Positions 20,088-28,762 of a stretch of 64,000 nucleotides of DNA are shown in pieces. Every line of letters starts with the position of its first letter. Positions within the stretch are counted from its first letter, which is position 1. Made by a program: the position numbers and the translations under genes. This DNA is from Syntrophorhabdaceae bacterium (GTDB lineage: Bacteria; Desulfobacterota; Syntrophorhabdia; Syntrophorhabdales; Syntrophorhabdaceae), in NCBI GenBank assembly GCA_963665295.1, contig OY762209.1, positions 4,576,001-4,640,000 on the forward strand. Direction: 5' to 3'. The notes below the pieces were generated by a model, which worked only from the letters and a program-made list of their open reading frames with translations, did not search any database and was not told where the DNA came from.

Positions 20088-21845
20088 TTAGTTGTTTTTG
20101 GTGACCCCGGCGGTCCGACTCGCCCTCACCCTATGCAACTTGCTGTGTTTTCTTCCGTACGCCAGGTAACAGCCCAACCCGATGACGAGCCATACAGAGA
20201 AACCAAGCCACGTAGTTCGTCCCAGTTCCGTCATCAAGTAGAGGCATATTTCCAGACCTGCCAGGGGAATGAGTGAAAGCCTTTTCCTGAAACTGACGTA
20301 CGCCAGAAGTGCCGACACAGCCGCGAACCCTATCACGTGGGGATACCTCCACAGGACAGCCGCTTCACGGGGGCTGAAGATGCAGCAGGCCGAAGCGATG
20401 ACAAGGAGGGCGGGGGTGAAGATATACCGGGAATCGATATAGGGGACCTTGAATTTGCCCCGTGACACACTCTTGTCTTCCTCAAGCACCAGAACGCCTC
20501 CACACACAAGGGCAAAGGCAAACAGCGTCCCTATGCTGCAAAGGTCGGTCACGTCGGCGAGATTCATCAGTTGCGACGGGACGATCACCACCGCGCCGGT
20601 AAAGAGCGTTGAGAACCACGGGGTACCGAACCGCGGGTGAATTGCGTGAAATATGGAGGGGAGCAGGCCGTCCCGCCCCATGGACATCATAACCCTGGAC
20701 TGGCTGATGGCCAGAGCGAGAATGACTGTAGCCATGGTTACCACTGCGCTTGCGGCAACGATCCCCGCGATCATCCGGGCGTTGGCGCCATTCCCTGAGA
20801 AGGCGGCCACCAGAGGGTCGCCCACCCGGAGGTCCTTGTAGTTCACGGCCCCTGTCAGCACAAGGGCGAGAGCAACGTACAGAAAGGTACAGATCAACAG
20901 TGAATAGATGATCCCTCGAGGGAGATCACGCTGGGGGTTTCTGCACTCCTCGGCAGTATTTGATATGGCGTCAAATCCTATATATGCGAAGAAGACCCCG
21001 GAAACCCCTTTCAACACGCCGGGCAACCCATTAGGCGCGAAGGGGCTCCAGTTTTCCTGGCGCACGTAAAACGCACCCGCAATAATGACCAGGAGAACTG
21101 TCGCCGTCTTTATGGTGACCAGGCCATTGGTGATGCGCTTTGATTCCCGTATGCCCGTGTAGCTGACCGCAGTGAGGAGGACGACTACACAGAGCGCGGG
21201 AAGGTCGAGGATGGGCCGGATTCCGAAGACAAGGGGTGCCTCGTTCCATGCATGGTATCCGCTCAGGGCGAAGGACATCCCCGGAATCCGGCCGATAGTC
21301 TCCAAGGTGTGACCCTGGCTGAGAAGCTCTCCTATCTTTTGGACGCCTTTCGATGCCGAAAAATAGTCCATGCTCAGGAACCGGGGAAATTCAATGCCGT
21401 AACCCGAGATGAGGCTCGTAAAATAGTCGCTCCATGAAATGGAAACGGCGCTTGCCGCCACGGTATACTCCATAATAAGGTCCCAGCCGATCACCCACGC
21501 GATCACCTCTCCGAAGGCGGCGTAGGAATAGGTGTAGGCTGAACCCGCAATAGGTATGCGTGAAGCGAAGTCCGCGTAGCAAAGGGCGGAACAACCGCAC
21601 GCCAGGCCCATAAAAATACAGAGAAATACAACTGCGGGTCCTCCCCAGTATGCGGCGTTGCCGATAGTGGAAAAGATCCCCGCCCCCACGATTACGGCAA
21701 TGCCGAAGGCCACAAGGTCGGTCAAACCCAGCTCCCGGCGAAGCCCGTCCGCGTCGGATGAACTTCCGCCCGCATGGCAGTCCGCCCTTCCATCGGTAAG
21801 GATCATGGAGAGGTCTTTCTTGCGGAGCAGATCACGGAATTTCAT
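20088..21845 (-). CDS. APC-family amino acid permease (cationic amino acid transporter-like)
   Basis: IVGAGIF, AGSAYTY, FFAYIGFDA, AEECRNPQRDLP; many TM segments. Confidence 0.92.
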   Translation of the reverse strand: MKFRDLLRKKDLSMILTDGRADCHAGGSSSDADGLRRELGLTDLVAFGIAVIVGAGIFSTIGNAAYWGGPAVVFLCIFMGLACGCSALCYADFASRIPIAGSAYTYSYAAFGEVIAWVIGWDLIMEYTVAASAVSISWSDYFTSLISGYGIEFPRFLSMDYFSASKGVQKIGELLSQGHTLETIGRIPGMSFALSGYHAWNEAPLVFGIRPILDLPALCVVVLLTAVSYTGIRESKRITNGLVTIKTATVLLVIIAGAFYVRQENWSPFAPNGLPGVLKGVSGVFFAYIGFDAISNTAEECRNPQRDLPRGIIYSLLICTFLYVALALVLTGAVNYKDLRVGDPLVAAFSGNGANARMIAGIVAASAVVTMATVILALAISQSRVMMSMGRDGLLPSIFHAIHPRFGTPWFSTLFTGAVVIVPSQLMNLADVTDLCSIGTLFAFALVCGGVLVLEEDKSVSRGKFKVPYIDSRYIFTPALLVIASACCIFSPREAAVLWRYPHVIGFAAVSALLAYVSFRKRLSLIPLAGLEICLYLMTELGRTTWLGFSVWLVIGLGCYLAYGRKHSKLHRVRASRTAGVTKNN

Positions 21846-22078
21846 GGGTTACCTCCTGATGGCGTTTCCTGTAATTCACCGTTCTTACCTCACATAAGCG
21901 GTATGGAAGGTGACTAATAACTAAACCCGGAACGCGGCAATAGTTATGCAGCAAATGTTTGATACTGTGTGCCGAATTAGTTTGCATTCTTTGCATCGGG
22001 TCTCGACCCGGTCGTGTAGCCGCGTCGGCAACCTTGTGATAAAATGCCGCACAAATACGCAAATCAGGGCGGCAGACA

Positions 22079-22094
22079 TGGCACGCCTGTTGGT
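22079..22094 (+). promoter_or_regulatory. Sigma54-like -24/-12 element
   Basis: TGGCACG-CCTG-TTGGT, with one mismatch at -12. Confidence 0.4.
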
Positions 22095-22162
22095 ATACCC
22101 TGTTATCGAGCGACGTTGTCCGGGCCTGGGCGACAAAGAACAGATCAGAATAGATCCCGGAG

Positions 22163-22390
22163 ATGAACATGGAATGGACTGAAATGGCGACGACCTACCG
22201 GCTTTGCGACGTATTCGTCGACGAGGATTACAGAGGGCGGGACCCGGGCAAAAGACTGGTCGGATTTATTGTCGAGGCCCCCGGGTTAAAGGGATTGTGA
22301 GGAGTTCTCTCAACCGAGGATGCCCACGGGTTGTACGAGAGACACGGGTTCGCCGGGAACTCCGGGAAGGTCATGCTCAAGCCCCACGGG
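22163..22390 (+). pseudogene. Degraded GNAT acetyltransferase (internal deletion and in-frame TGA)
   Basis: Own translation: MNMEWTEMATTYRLCDVFVDEDYRGRDPGKRLV...LKGL*GVLSTEDAHGLYERHGF. GNAT motifs A and B are present; TGA at 22298-22300. End approximate. Confidence 0.7.
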
Positions 22391-22452
22391 CGGCAACCAT
22401 TAAGAATGGGTCCTTCAGAAACAGCAGCGAAGGAGTTGATCTCCCTGTGCCC

Positions 22453-24132
22453 TCAATTCACGTCAGGAATGGAGAGTACCCTTTCGAACCTTGCAGCCAC
22501 GGACTCCTTGTGGGTAATGCAGATGATCGTCTGTTTCTCAAAAATCCTGAACAGGTCGTCGAGGATCTCTTCTTCTACGGCCCCATCCAGGCCCGACGTA
22601 AATTCATCCAACACGAGTACGTGGGGGTCCCTGATAAGGGCGCGGGCAAGGGCGATCCGTTGCTTCTGTCCGCCCGAAAGATTGAATCCCTTCTCCGCGA
22701 AAACGGTTTCGTATTGCTCCGGAAGGCTTTCGATCACGTCGGCGATCCGAACCAGGGCCGCGACCTCCTTGATCCGTTCAAGGGGAACGCCATACCAGCC
22801 CATGGCGATATTTTCCCGGAACGTCTCCCTGAAGAGGTGGGTCTCCTGTCTCACGTAGGCGAAGAAAGTCAAATAAAAAGGCAGGGGATAGGACTCGACG
22901 TCCTTTCCACCGAAAAGAATCTCTCCCGTTTCCGGCTTGAGGAATCTGGTAATCAACTGGGCCAGTGTGCTTTTCCCCGAGCCGCTCGGTCCGACAACTG
23001 CGATCTTTTCACCCGGTTGGATATGAAGATTGACGTTGGTAAGCACGGCCTTGCCGTGGGGATAGGCAAAGGAGACATTACGGAATTCAATATCCGTCCT
23101 TTCCGGCACGCCTTCCAGCGTGAAATCGGCCCGCACCCGTTCTTCGGGAAAATCCATGATCTCCTTCATGCGCTGCAGGGCGGGCAATGCTTGCGCCGAG
23201 TTGATCACTCCCTGGAAAACAAAAAATATCTGGGTGGCAAGTCTGAAGAAAATCACGAAGTACGCCACGAGCATGCCCACGGTAATGTCAGTGCTGCCGC
23301 GACAAATAAGGTATCCCCCCAAAATGAACGGTATGAGCCGAACCGTGACACCCAGGAAATCAAGCCCCGCCGAAGACCAGTCGGACAGAATACGGGTAAT
23401 TATGCTGTGGTCCGCATAACTCTTCGAATCCCTGAAGAACCGGCGTCCGGCCCGTTCCTGCTGCTGGTAAAACCGGATTTCCCTGATTCCGGTCAACATG
23501 TCGAGAAGCGTTTCATTTTGTGCGGCGAGCTTTTCTTTCGAAAGCCTGAAGCTGGTGGCTATAGGTTTGTAAGTCTTCCATGCATATATTTGCAGAAAAG
23601 GGAGCGTGACGAGGAAAGCGAGGCCAAGACGCCAGTTCCAGACAATCAGTCCGGTCACCAGGATCAGGGAAAAGACACAGAAAGCGAGAGACCGCAGCAC
23701 CGTTTGCTGGAAGAAACTGCTGATGAAGTCCAGGTCACTGCTCACCCGGGTCAAAATATCTCCCGAGGGATACTTCGAAAAAAAATCGATCCGCTTCCGC
23801 ATGATGCCGTCCACGAGTGTTTGTCGGAATTGCAGAAACATCCTCTCCGACGCACGTACGGCGAAATTCGAATGGACCGACCAGAATATGAAGGCCACGA
23901 CGTTGGTCAGAAGCAGCAAGGCACTATAGACAAGAAGAAGGTTTGTATCCCTTTCCGGCAGTGCGACGTCGATGATATCTTTAATGATAAAGGGTCCTGC
24001 AAGGGAACCGAAGGTTGAGATGAGGATGAAGAGAGAGGCTGCGGCGAGGTACTTACGCTCCGGCCCGATAGCCGGCCCGAGAAGTTCCCACAAAAGCCCG
24101 AGGACTGATGCTATCTTCTTTTTCTTAACCAA
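22453..24132 (-). CDS. ABC exporter, fused permease/ATP-binding protein
   Basis: TM domain, then GPSGSGKST, LSGGQKQR, LDE. Start placed at TTG 24132 (ATG 24219 is possible); the ORF's further 5' extension lies inside the IS. Confidence 0.9.
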   Translation of the reverse strand: MVKKKKIASVLGLLWELLGPAIGPERKYLAAASLFILISTFGSLAGPFIIKDIIDVALPERDTNLLLVYSALLLLTNVVAFIFWSVHSNFAVRASERMFLQFRQTLVDGIMRKRIDFFSKYPSGDILTRVSSDLDFISSFFQQTVLRSLAFCVFSLILVTGLIVWNWRLGLAFLVTLPFLQIYAWKTYKPIATSFRLSKEKLAAQNETLLDMLTGIREIRFYQQQERAGRRFFRDSKSYADHSIITRILSDWSSAGLDFLGVTVRLIPFILGGYLICRGSTDITVGMLVAYFVIFFRLATQIFFVFQGVINSAQALPALQRMKEIMDFPEERVRADFTLEGVPERTDIEFRNVSFAYPHGKAVLTNVNLHIQPGEKIAVVGPSGSGKSTLAQLITRFLKPETGEILFGGKDVESYPLPFYLTFFAYVRQETHLFRETFRENIAMGWYGVPLERIKEVAALVRIADVIESLPEQYETVFAEKGFNLSGGQKQRIALARALIRDPHVLVLDEFTSGLDGAVEEEILDDLFRIFEKQTIICITHKESVAARFERVLSIPDVN

Positions 24133-24250
24133 GGAAGCACCTTTTTCGATTCCCCTTCTCCCATCATGTGACCCTTTGCTAAAGGCTATCACAGGGAGTC
24201 CGGGATACACAAGCGGCATGAGGATTGCCGGGAATTCGAGACTATTATAC

Positions 24251-24279
24251 TTGACATACCCAAACAAATGTTCTATGCT
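24251..24279 (+). promoter_or_regulatory. Transposase promoter with near-consensus LexA-like box in the spacer
   Basis: TTGACA-17-TATGCT; AAAC-AAAT-GTTC at 24262-24273. Confidence 0.6.
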
Positions 24280-24301
24280 TCTATAAGAAAGGAGATAGAA
24301 C

Positions 24302-25255
24302 ATGAGCCAATCAATAATATCCGCTGCCTACTTCCACAATGAAGATGCCGCTTACGAGTTCGTTGAATCAAGGGTATGGCCCGATGGCCCTGTGTGCCCT
24401 CATTGCGGCGAGCGCGAGCGCATTAGCAAGATGCAGGGCAAGAGCACAAGGATAGGCACTTATAAGTGCTATGCTTGTCGTAATCCTTTCACCGTTAAGA
24501 TCGGGACTATTTTCGAGGGCAGCCATGTTCCTCTGCGCCTATGGCTTCAAGCAATCTATCTAATGTGTGCTTCAAAGAAAGGCATAAGCGCCAACCAGCT
24601 TCACCGGACCTTGGGCGTCACTCTGAAAACTGCGTGGTTTATGGCTCATCGTATTCGTTTGGCAATGGCTCAACCCTCCAAAGAGCCATTCGGGGGGATC
24701 GTTGAAATGGATGAAACATACGTCGGCGGCAAGCTGAAACTTGGTTCTATGGCTGTCAAGCCGGGGGAACGACCTAAAGACAGGCTTTCTCCGGTAGCCA
24801 ACAAGGCTCCTGTGGTATCTCTTGTCCAGCGTAACGGATCGGTCCGGTCTTATCATGTTACCAAGATTACTGCATATAATCTCAGGCCGATAGTCGATGA
24901 GGTTGTAGCGAAGGACGCGCACCTTATGACCGACACTTCAACCATACTCAAAAGCGCCGGGGCGGGCCGTAAACTATCCCAAGTGAACCACGAGCGGGAA
25001 GAGTATGTAAGATACGAGGACGGCGAGTGTATCACCACCAACACGGTTGAAGGCTATTTCAGTATCTTGAAGAGGGGCATTAACGGCGTCTATCATCATT
25101 GCAGTAAACATCATCTTCATAGATACCTTGCGGAGTTTGATTTCAGGTATAATAATAGGGTAGCCAAGGGCGTGAACGATACAGAGCGAGCAGAGAATGC
25201 CCTTAAAGGCATTGTAGGTAAAAGGCTCACCTACAAGAGGCCTGTTAAAGGATAA
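24302..25255 (+). CDS. IS1595-family DDE transposase
   Basis: Zn ribbon WPDGPVCPHC...CYAC, HTH region, DETYVGG, LMTD, NTVEGYFSILKRG, YLAEFDFRYN. Confidence 0.95.
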   Translation: MSQSIISAAYFHNEDAAYEFVESRVWPDGPVCPHCGERERISKMQGKSTRIGTYKCYACRNPFTVKIGTIFEGSHVPLRLWLQAIYLMCASKKGISANQLHRTLGVTLKTAWFMAHRIRLAMAQPSKEPFGGIVEMDETYVGGKLKLGSMAVKPGERPKDRLSPVANKAPVVSLVQRNGSVRSYHVTKITAYNLRPIVDEVVAKDAHLMTDTSTILKSAGAGRKLSQVNHEREEYVRYEDGECITTNTVEGYFSILKRGINGVYHHCSKHHLHRYLAEFDFRYNNRVAKGVNDTERAENALKGIVGKRLTYKRPVKG

Positions 25256-25263
25256 GGAGGACT

Positions 25264-25428
25264 ATGAGGAAAGACGACAAAGGGAACATAAAAAACCACC
25301 ACGATCTGGACGACGAAGAGGAGTCTATAAGATTCGTCGAAAAGGCTAAAGAGACGCAGGCAGAAGGCGCCGATGAACTATTCATGGGGGCCTGTGATTT
25401 AATATTGTCTAAGAAGGCTAAGGACTAG
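25264..25428 (+). CDS. Small passenger protein (54 aa) directly after the transposase
   Basis: AAGGAGG RBS overlapping the transposase stop; MRKDDKG...EESIRFVEKAKETQAEGADELF; below the ORF-track size cutoff. Confidence 0.65.
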   Translation: MRKDDKGNIKNHHDLDDEEESIRFVEKAKETQAEGADELFMGACDLILSKKAKD

Positions 25429-26279
25429 TCTCGTCTTGGTTCTCGCAGTTTTTTGCTAAGGCGCTCTATAAATTTCACTGTGCCGTCTAATATATCTTTC
25501 GCTTCAGTTTCATTATATACAATCCTTGAGTGAGACACATTGTTTCTGTATGCATCCTTGAAATGATCGAACTGGGCCGCTGCGTCCGATACAAAAGTTA
25601 CTTTAGCGGACCACTCTTTGTAGGCCCTATTGCTCATTTGTTTGCGCTTTGGGGCGTCTTTCAGGTAATCTATCGCGTGTTTTATTTTAGAAATTAGTTT
25701 GCCTTGCTCCGCATATTCTATTCCTTTGTATACTTTTGTGATGTTTAGGTGTCTCGCAAAGACCCTTAGGCCGATCTCCACCGCTCTCATTGCGTGGAAC
25801 ACAGAGGCGGTATATTCCCCAAAGACGAAGCATTTGCCGGAATGGTTTAATTCGCTAGAGGCCCCGGGGAACCTTTCTTTTAGTGAGCCGACCACGCCCC
25901 AACTATAGTATTTAGAACGTTCCTGGGGGACATGAAAGAATAAATACCCCCCTATGGCGGAATAAACTACACGTTCCAACATCATGAGTTCGTTCCAAGT
26001 TTTAGGCATGTTCACGGCTAAATATGCCAGCAGATCGGATGCCACTTTGGCGCCTAGGTCGTCACAACATTTAGTCAGGTTCGTTATAAAAAGACGCACA
26101 AATTCTATGTTTTCTTTATCATCTAATGGATGATCCCCAAATGCTTCCAAAACTGCCATCCTAGCCTTAACTTCACCAAACAGTTGGCCAATCTCTATGT
26201 ATTCTTTTGCCGATACTTTAAGCATATCCAATATGCTCCACAGTTTATATGGATTTTCTACCCAAGGTAATAGTTTCAT
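25425..26279 (-). CDS. IS passenger protein with HEPN-like C-terminal domain
   Basis: ASVFHAMRAVEIGLR helix and Rx4H motif RNNVSH; AAGGAGG RBS. Confidence 0.7.
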   Translation of the reverse strand: MKLLPWVENPYKLWSILDMLKVSAKEYIEIGQLFGEVKARMAVLEAFGDHPLDDKENIEFVRLFITNLTKCCDDLGAKVASDLLAYLAVNMPKTWNELMMLERVVYSAIGGYLFFHVPQERSKYYSWGVVGSLKERFPGASSELNHSGKCFVFGEYTASVFHAMRAVEIGLRVFARHLNITKVYKGIEYAEQGKLISKIKHAIDYLKDAPKRKQMSNRAYKEWSAKVTFVSDAAAQFDHFKDAYRNNVSHSRIVYNETEAKDILDGTVKFIERLSKKLREPRRD

Positions 26280-26368
26280 CCTACACCCCTCCTTAAAAAC
26301 CGTCAATATATTGGTTGTATTTTTCCTCCGTAATGGTACAATCGGCTAAAACTTGCGGAGGCTTACCC

Positions 26369-26599
26369 ATGGAAGAGAACATCTATTCTGGAATTACAGA
26401 GGTCATGCAAATAACGCCCGATGACGTGATAAGATGCGCCACCTGTAATTATTTGCCCAACGATTATGCCGACACAATCAATCACTATCTTTCCAACCAC
26501 GGATATAAACTGCTTCACATTGGATCACACTCGTCTTACGATGGCACTCATTATATCAGTGACATCTTTGCTCTGCTCGGCAAGGGGCCTGTTGGGTAG
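26369..26599 (+). CDS. Small IS passenger protein, possible Zn-binding (CxxC...HxxxxH)
   Basis: GGAGG RBS; CATC...INHYLSNHGY; upstream TTGTAT-16-TACAAT. Confidence 0.6.
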   Translation: MEENIYSGITEVMQITPDDVIRCATCNYLPNDYADTINHYLSNHGYKLLHIGSHSSYDGTHYISDIFALLGKGPVG

Positions 26600-26752
26600 G
26601 GGCATTAGACCCGGAAAACGTTCAAAAAGCAGGTTAATCATTTCTTGGCACTTCTCCTGAAAGTCGGGTTCATCGTCGCTGTGATTTTTTATGTAAAACA
26701 GGGCGTCGATAGCCTGTTTGGGATGTGCCCAATTAGTCATTGTCATTTTCAT
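26525..26752 (-). CDS. Possible small IS passenger protein (75 aa)
   Basis: AAGGGGG RBS directly after the right-end inward promoter; overlaps the opposite-strand ORF by 75 nt. Confidence 0.35.
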   Translation of the reverse strand: MKMTMTNWAHPKQAIDALFYIKNHSDDEPDFQEKCQEMINLLFERFPGLMPLPNRPLAEQSKDVTDIMSAIVRRV

Positions 26753-26782
26753 TCTATGCCCCCTTATATAGTTCTCCACCGA

Positions 26783-26811
26783 ATAGTAGAACAAGTGTTC
26801 TACTTTGTCAA
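26783..26811 (-). promoter_or_regulatory. Inward-facing promoter at the IS right end with a perfect GAAC-N4-GTTC box
   Basis: Minus strand TTGACA-17-TACTAT; GAAC-AAGT-GTTC at 26789-26800 lies within the palindrome GTAGAAC-AAGT-GTTCTAC. Confidence 0.65.
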
Positions 26812-26908
26812 GTGGGTACGTGAAAGATAATAGTCTCGGGAATTCTCTTGACTCCCTGATAAAAACCTTGTAGAGAGTAGTCAGTAATTCCCCACAGGAG
26901 GTGACGAG

Positions 26909-27889
26909 GTGATAATACTCACTCCAGAGGAAGTGAGAAACAGGTTTGGACGTTTCTTTTACGAAGGGGTAATCACCCTCGTCGATCCCACAAACAACAA
27001 GATCGAAATCGTGGAAACCTTCGGGTTTTTTCCGGGCAGCGGCGAATGGACTGCAATCAACCGATGCAGGGCCGGAGGTATTGTCGAGTATTGCGAGCTT
27101 TACGGCAAGACCACAGTTCTGAGGGCGCGGATCGGGGAGTCCGAAGTGCGGTTCGGGCCGGTTGATCAGGAACAGGGTGGACAAGGCCTGGAAGGCGCTC
27201 TGATAGAAGGCGACACGGTCAGGACGAAGTGGGCGGGGATTGCCGGCGCAGGTCTCAGCGTAGCAGCATCCCTCGCTCAAGCGCCCGGCGTGATATCGGC
27301 GTGTTACCCCACGGAGGAGGATTTGCAGGCCGGGGGACGACACACCAACAGGGTGGAAATAATCACCCCGAGATACGAAAAGATCACCATCGGCATTGAC
27401 GACACCGACGATCCCGAGGGAGGAGCGACATGGTCTCTGGCGTTGAACGCCAGGCATGAAGCCGCCGGACTGGAAGGGGTTGAGCCACTTTTTCTCAGGC
27501 TCGCTCAACTCTATCCCAAGAGCCCTTACAAGACAACCAACTGCACGTCCACCATCATGACGTTTGCGGTGAAACCCGGGATAGAGGATGCGCTCATAAA
27601 GACCGTTGCCGACATCGTCAGATCTCAAACACGGTCAGAGGACACGGGACTCGCGGTCCTCCGGGGCATAGGCGTTCCGGAAAGCCTCTTGGCCTTTGGC
27701 CGTGAAACGAAAAAACGGATGGTCTCTCTGGAAGAGACGGCCATCTTTGAAACCTGGGACAACCTGCGGATAATTGAGATTGGAAAAGGAACAAGGGGCC
27801 GCATCGGGGCTCTCGCGGCTTTGGGGTTGTCCGAGCGGAAAGATGCCGCAATGCTTTATAGTGAGCCCGCATCGCACCTTGTCAGATGA
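26909..27889 (+). CDS. Methanogenesis marker 11-like / DUF1743 protein (TiaS-like domain at C-terminus)
   Basis: EWTAINRCRAGG, WAGIAGAG, IGIDDTDDPEGGATW, QLYPKSPYKTTNC, GRIGALAA; AGGAGG RBS. Confidence 0.8.
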   Translation: MIILTPEEVRNRFGRFFYEGVITLVDPTNNKIEIVETFGFFPGSGEWTAINRCRAGGIVEYCELYGKTTVLRARIGESEVRFGPVDQEQGGQGLEGALIEGDTVRTKWAGIAGAGLSVAASLAQAPGVISACYPTEEDLQAGGRHTNRVEIITPRYEKITIGIDDTDDPEGGATWSLALNARHEAAGLEGVEPLFLRLAQLYPKSPYKTTNCTSTIMTFAVKPGIEDALIKTVADIVRSQTRSEDTGLAVLRGIGVPESLLAFGRETKKRMVSLEETAIFETWDNLRIIEIGKGTRGRIGALAALGLSERKDAAMLYSEPASHLVR

Positions 27890-27902
27890 TAGCGAGACGA
27901 GC

Positions 27903-28730
27903 ATGATCATAGAGACCATCATGGACAGGGCCCGGACCACCAGGGCAAGGATTGCGGTGGGGGCGGCGTCGGGCCACGAGGAAAAGGTTGTGGAAAGCGC
28001 GGCGAAGGCTGTCGCGCTGGGTTGTGCGGAGGTTGTGATAGTGAGCTCCCGGCCCCTGGATACCCGCTTTGAAAATATCGTGGGCAACGAACCGGAGCAC
28101 AAGCTGATCGAACTCCTCAAGGCAGGAAAGGTGAGCGGGGTCGTGAGGGGCACCCTCGACATAAACCCCATCCTCTCGGCCCTCAGGGAACAATTCGGCG
28201 TCAGGAAGATCTTGAGGCTTGCCCTCCTCAAAACCCCCTCGGGGAACCCGTTCTTCTTCGCCCCGGCCGGTATAGACGACGGCTGGACCGTAAGGGAAAA
28301 GGTCAGGTTCGGTGAGTACGGGGCCGAACTGATAAGAAGGTTGGGCTTCCGTGAAGATATCGGCGTACTCGGCGGAGGCAGATCGGATGACCGCGGACGA
28401 TCCAGAATAACGGACAAGAGCATAGAAGATGCGGAAAAAGTGACGGAAGCATTGAAGAGGAAAGGATACCGGGCCGAATGCCGTTATATACTGATCGAGG
28501 AGGCAGTGAAAAACAACAACTTCATAATCGCTCCGGACGGCATCTCGGGAAACCTCATCTATCGATCCTTATGTCTCGTAGGGGGCGGCAGTGGAATGGG
28601 CGGACCTGTCATAGGGACTGATTTCGTCTATGTCGATACCTCAAGGGCAAGCAGCAGATACGAAAACGCCATATGCCTCGCCTCCGCCCTCGCAAGTTTT
28701 CTACCCCGGCCCCGGAAAGGTGTGCGCTGA
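27903..28730 (+). CDS. mtxX: Methanogenesis marker 4 / MtxX-like protein (phosphotransacetylase-like fold)
   Basis: VVRGTL, RLALL, FFAPAGIDDG, LGGGRSDDRGR, ILIEEA, IIAPDGISGNLIYRSL, YVDTSR. Confidence 0.8.
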   Translation: MIIETIMDRARTTRARIAVGAASGHEEKVVESAAKAVALGCAEVVIVSSRPLDTRFENIVGNEPEHKLIELLKAGKVSGVVRGTLDINPILSALREQFGVRKILRLALLKTPSGNPFFFAPAGIDDGWTVREKVRFGEYGAELIRRLGFREDIGVLGGGRSDDRGRSRITDKSIEDAEKVTEALKRKGYRAECRYILIEEAVKNNNFIIAPDGISGNLIYRSLCLVGGGSGMGGPVIGTDFVYVDTSRASSRYENAICLASALASFLPRPRKGVR

Positions 28731-28762
28731 TCAGAATACCCGGACAACCGACAACTGTTTTG

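Larger units (their letters stand above)
24238..26837 (+). mobile_element. Complete IS1595-family element with passenger genes (2600 bp)
   Basis: IRL GAGACTATTATACTTGACATACCCA versus IRR reverse complement GAGACTATTATCTTTCACGTACCCA (21/25 match); 8-bp TSD GGGAATTC at 24230-24237 and 26838-26845; visibly more AT-rich than the flanks. Confidence 0.93.

Noticed and set aside
21935..21976. Sigma54-like elements upstream of the amino-acid permease
   Set aside because: Each candidate lacks either the invariant -24 GG or the -12 GC.
22298..22300. In-frame TGA as selenocysteine
   Set aside because: Not a Cys-equivalent position, and the gene has other lesions.
22204..24018. 604-aa plus-strand ORF
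   Set aside because: Antisense shadow of the ABC transporter; no motifs of its own.
26753..27628. 5' part of the 367-aa minus-strand ORF 26525-27628
   Set aside because: Antisense to the Mmp11-like gene and crosses the IS end; only the last 75 codons are plausible.
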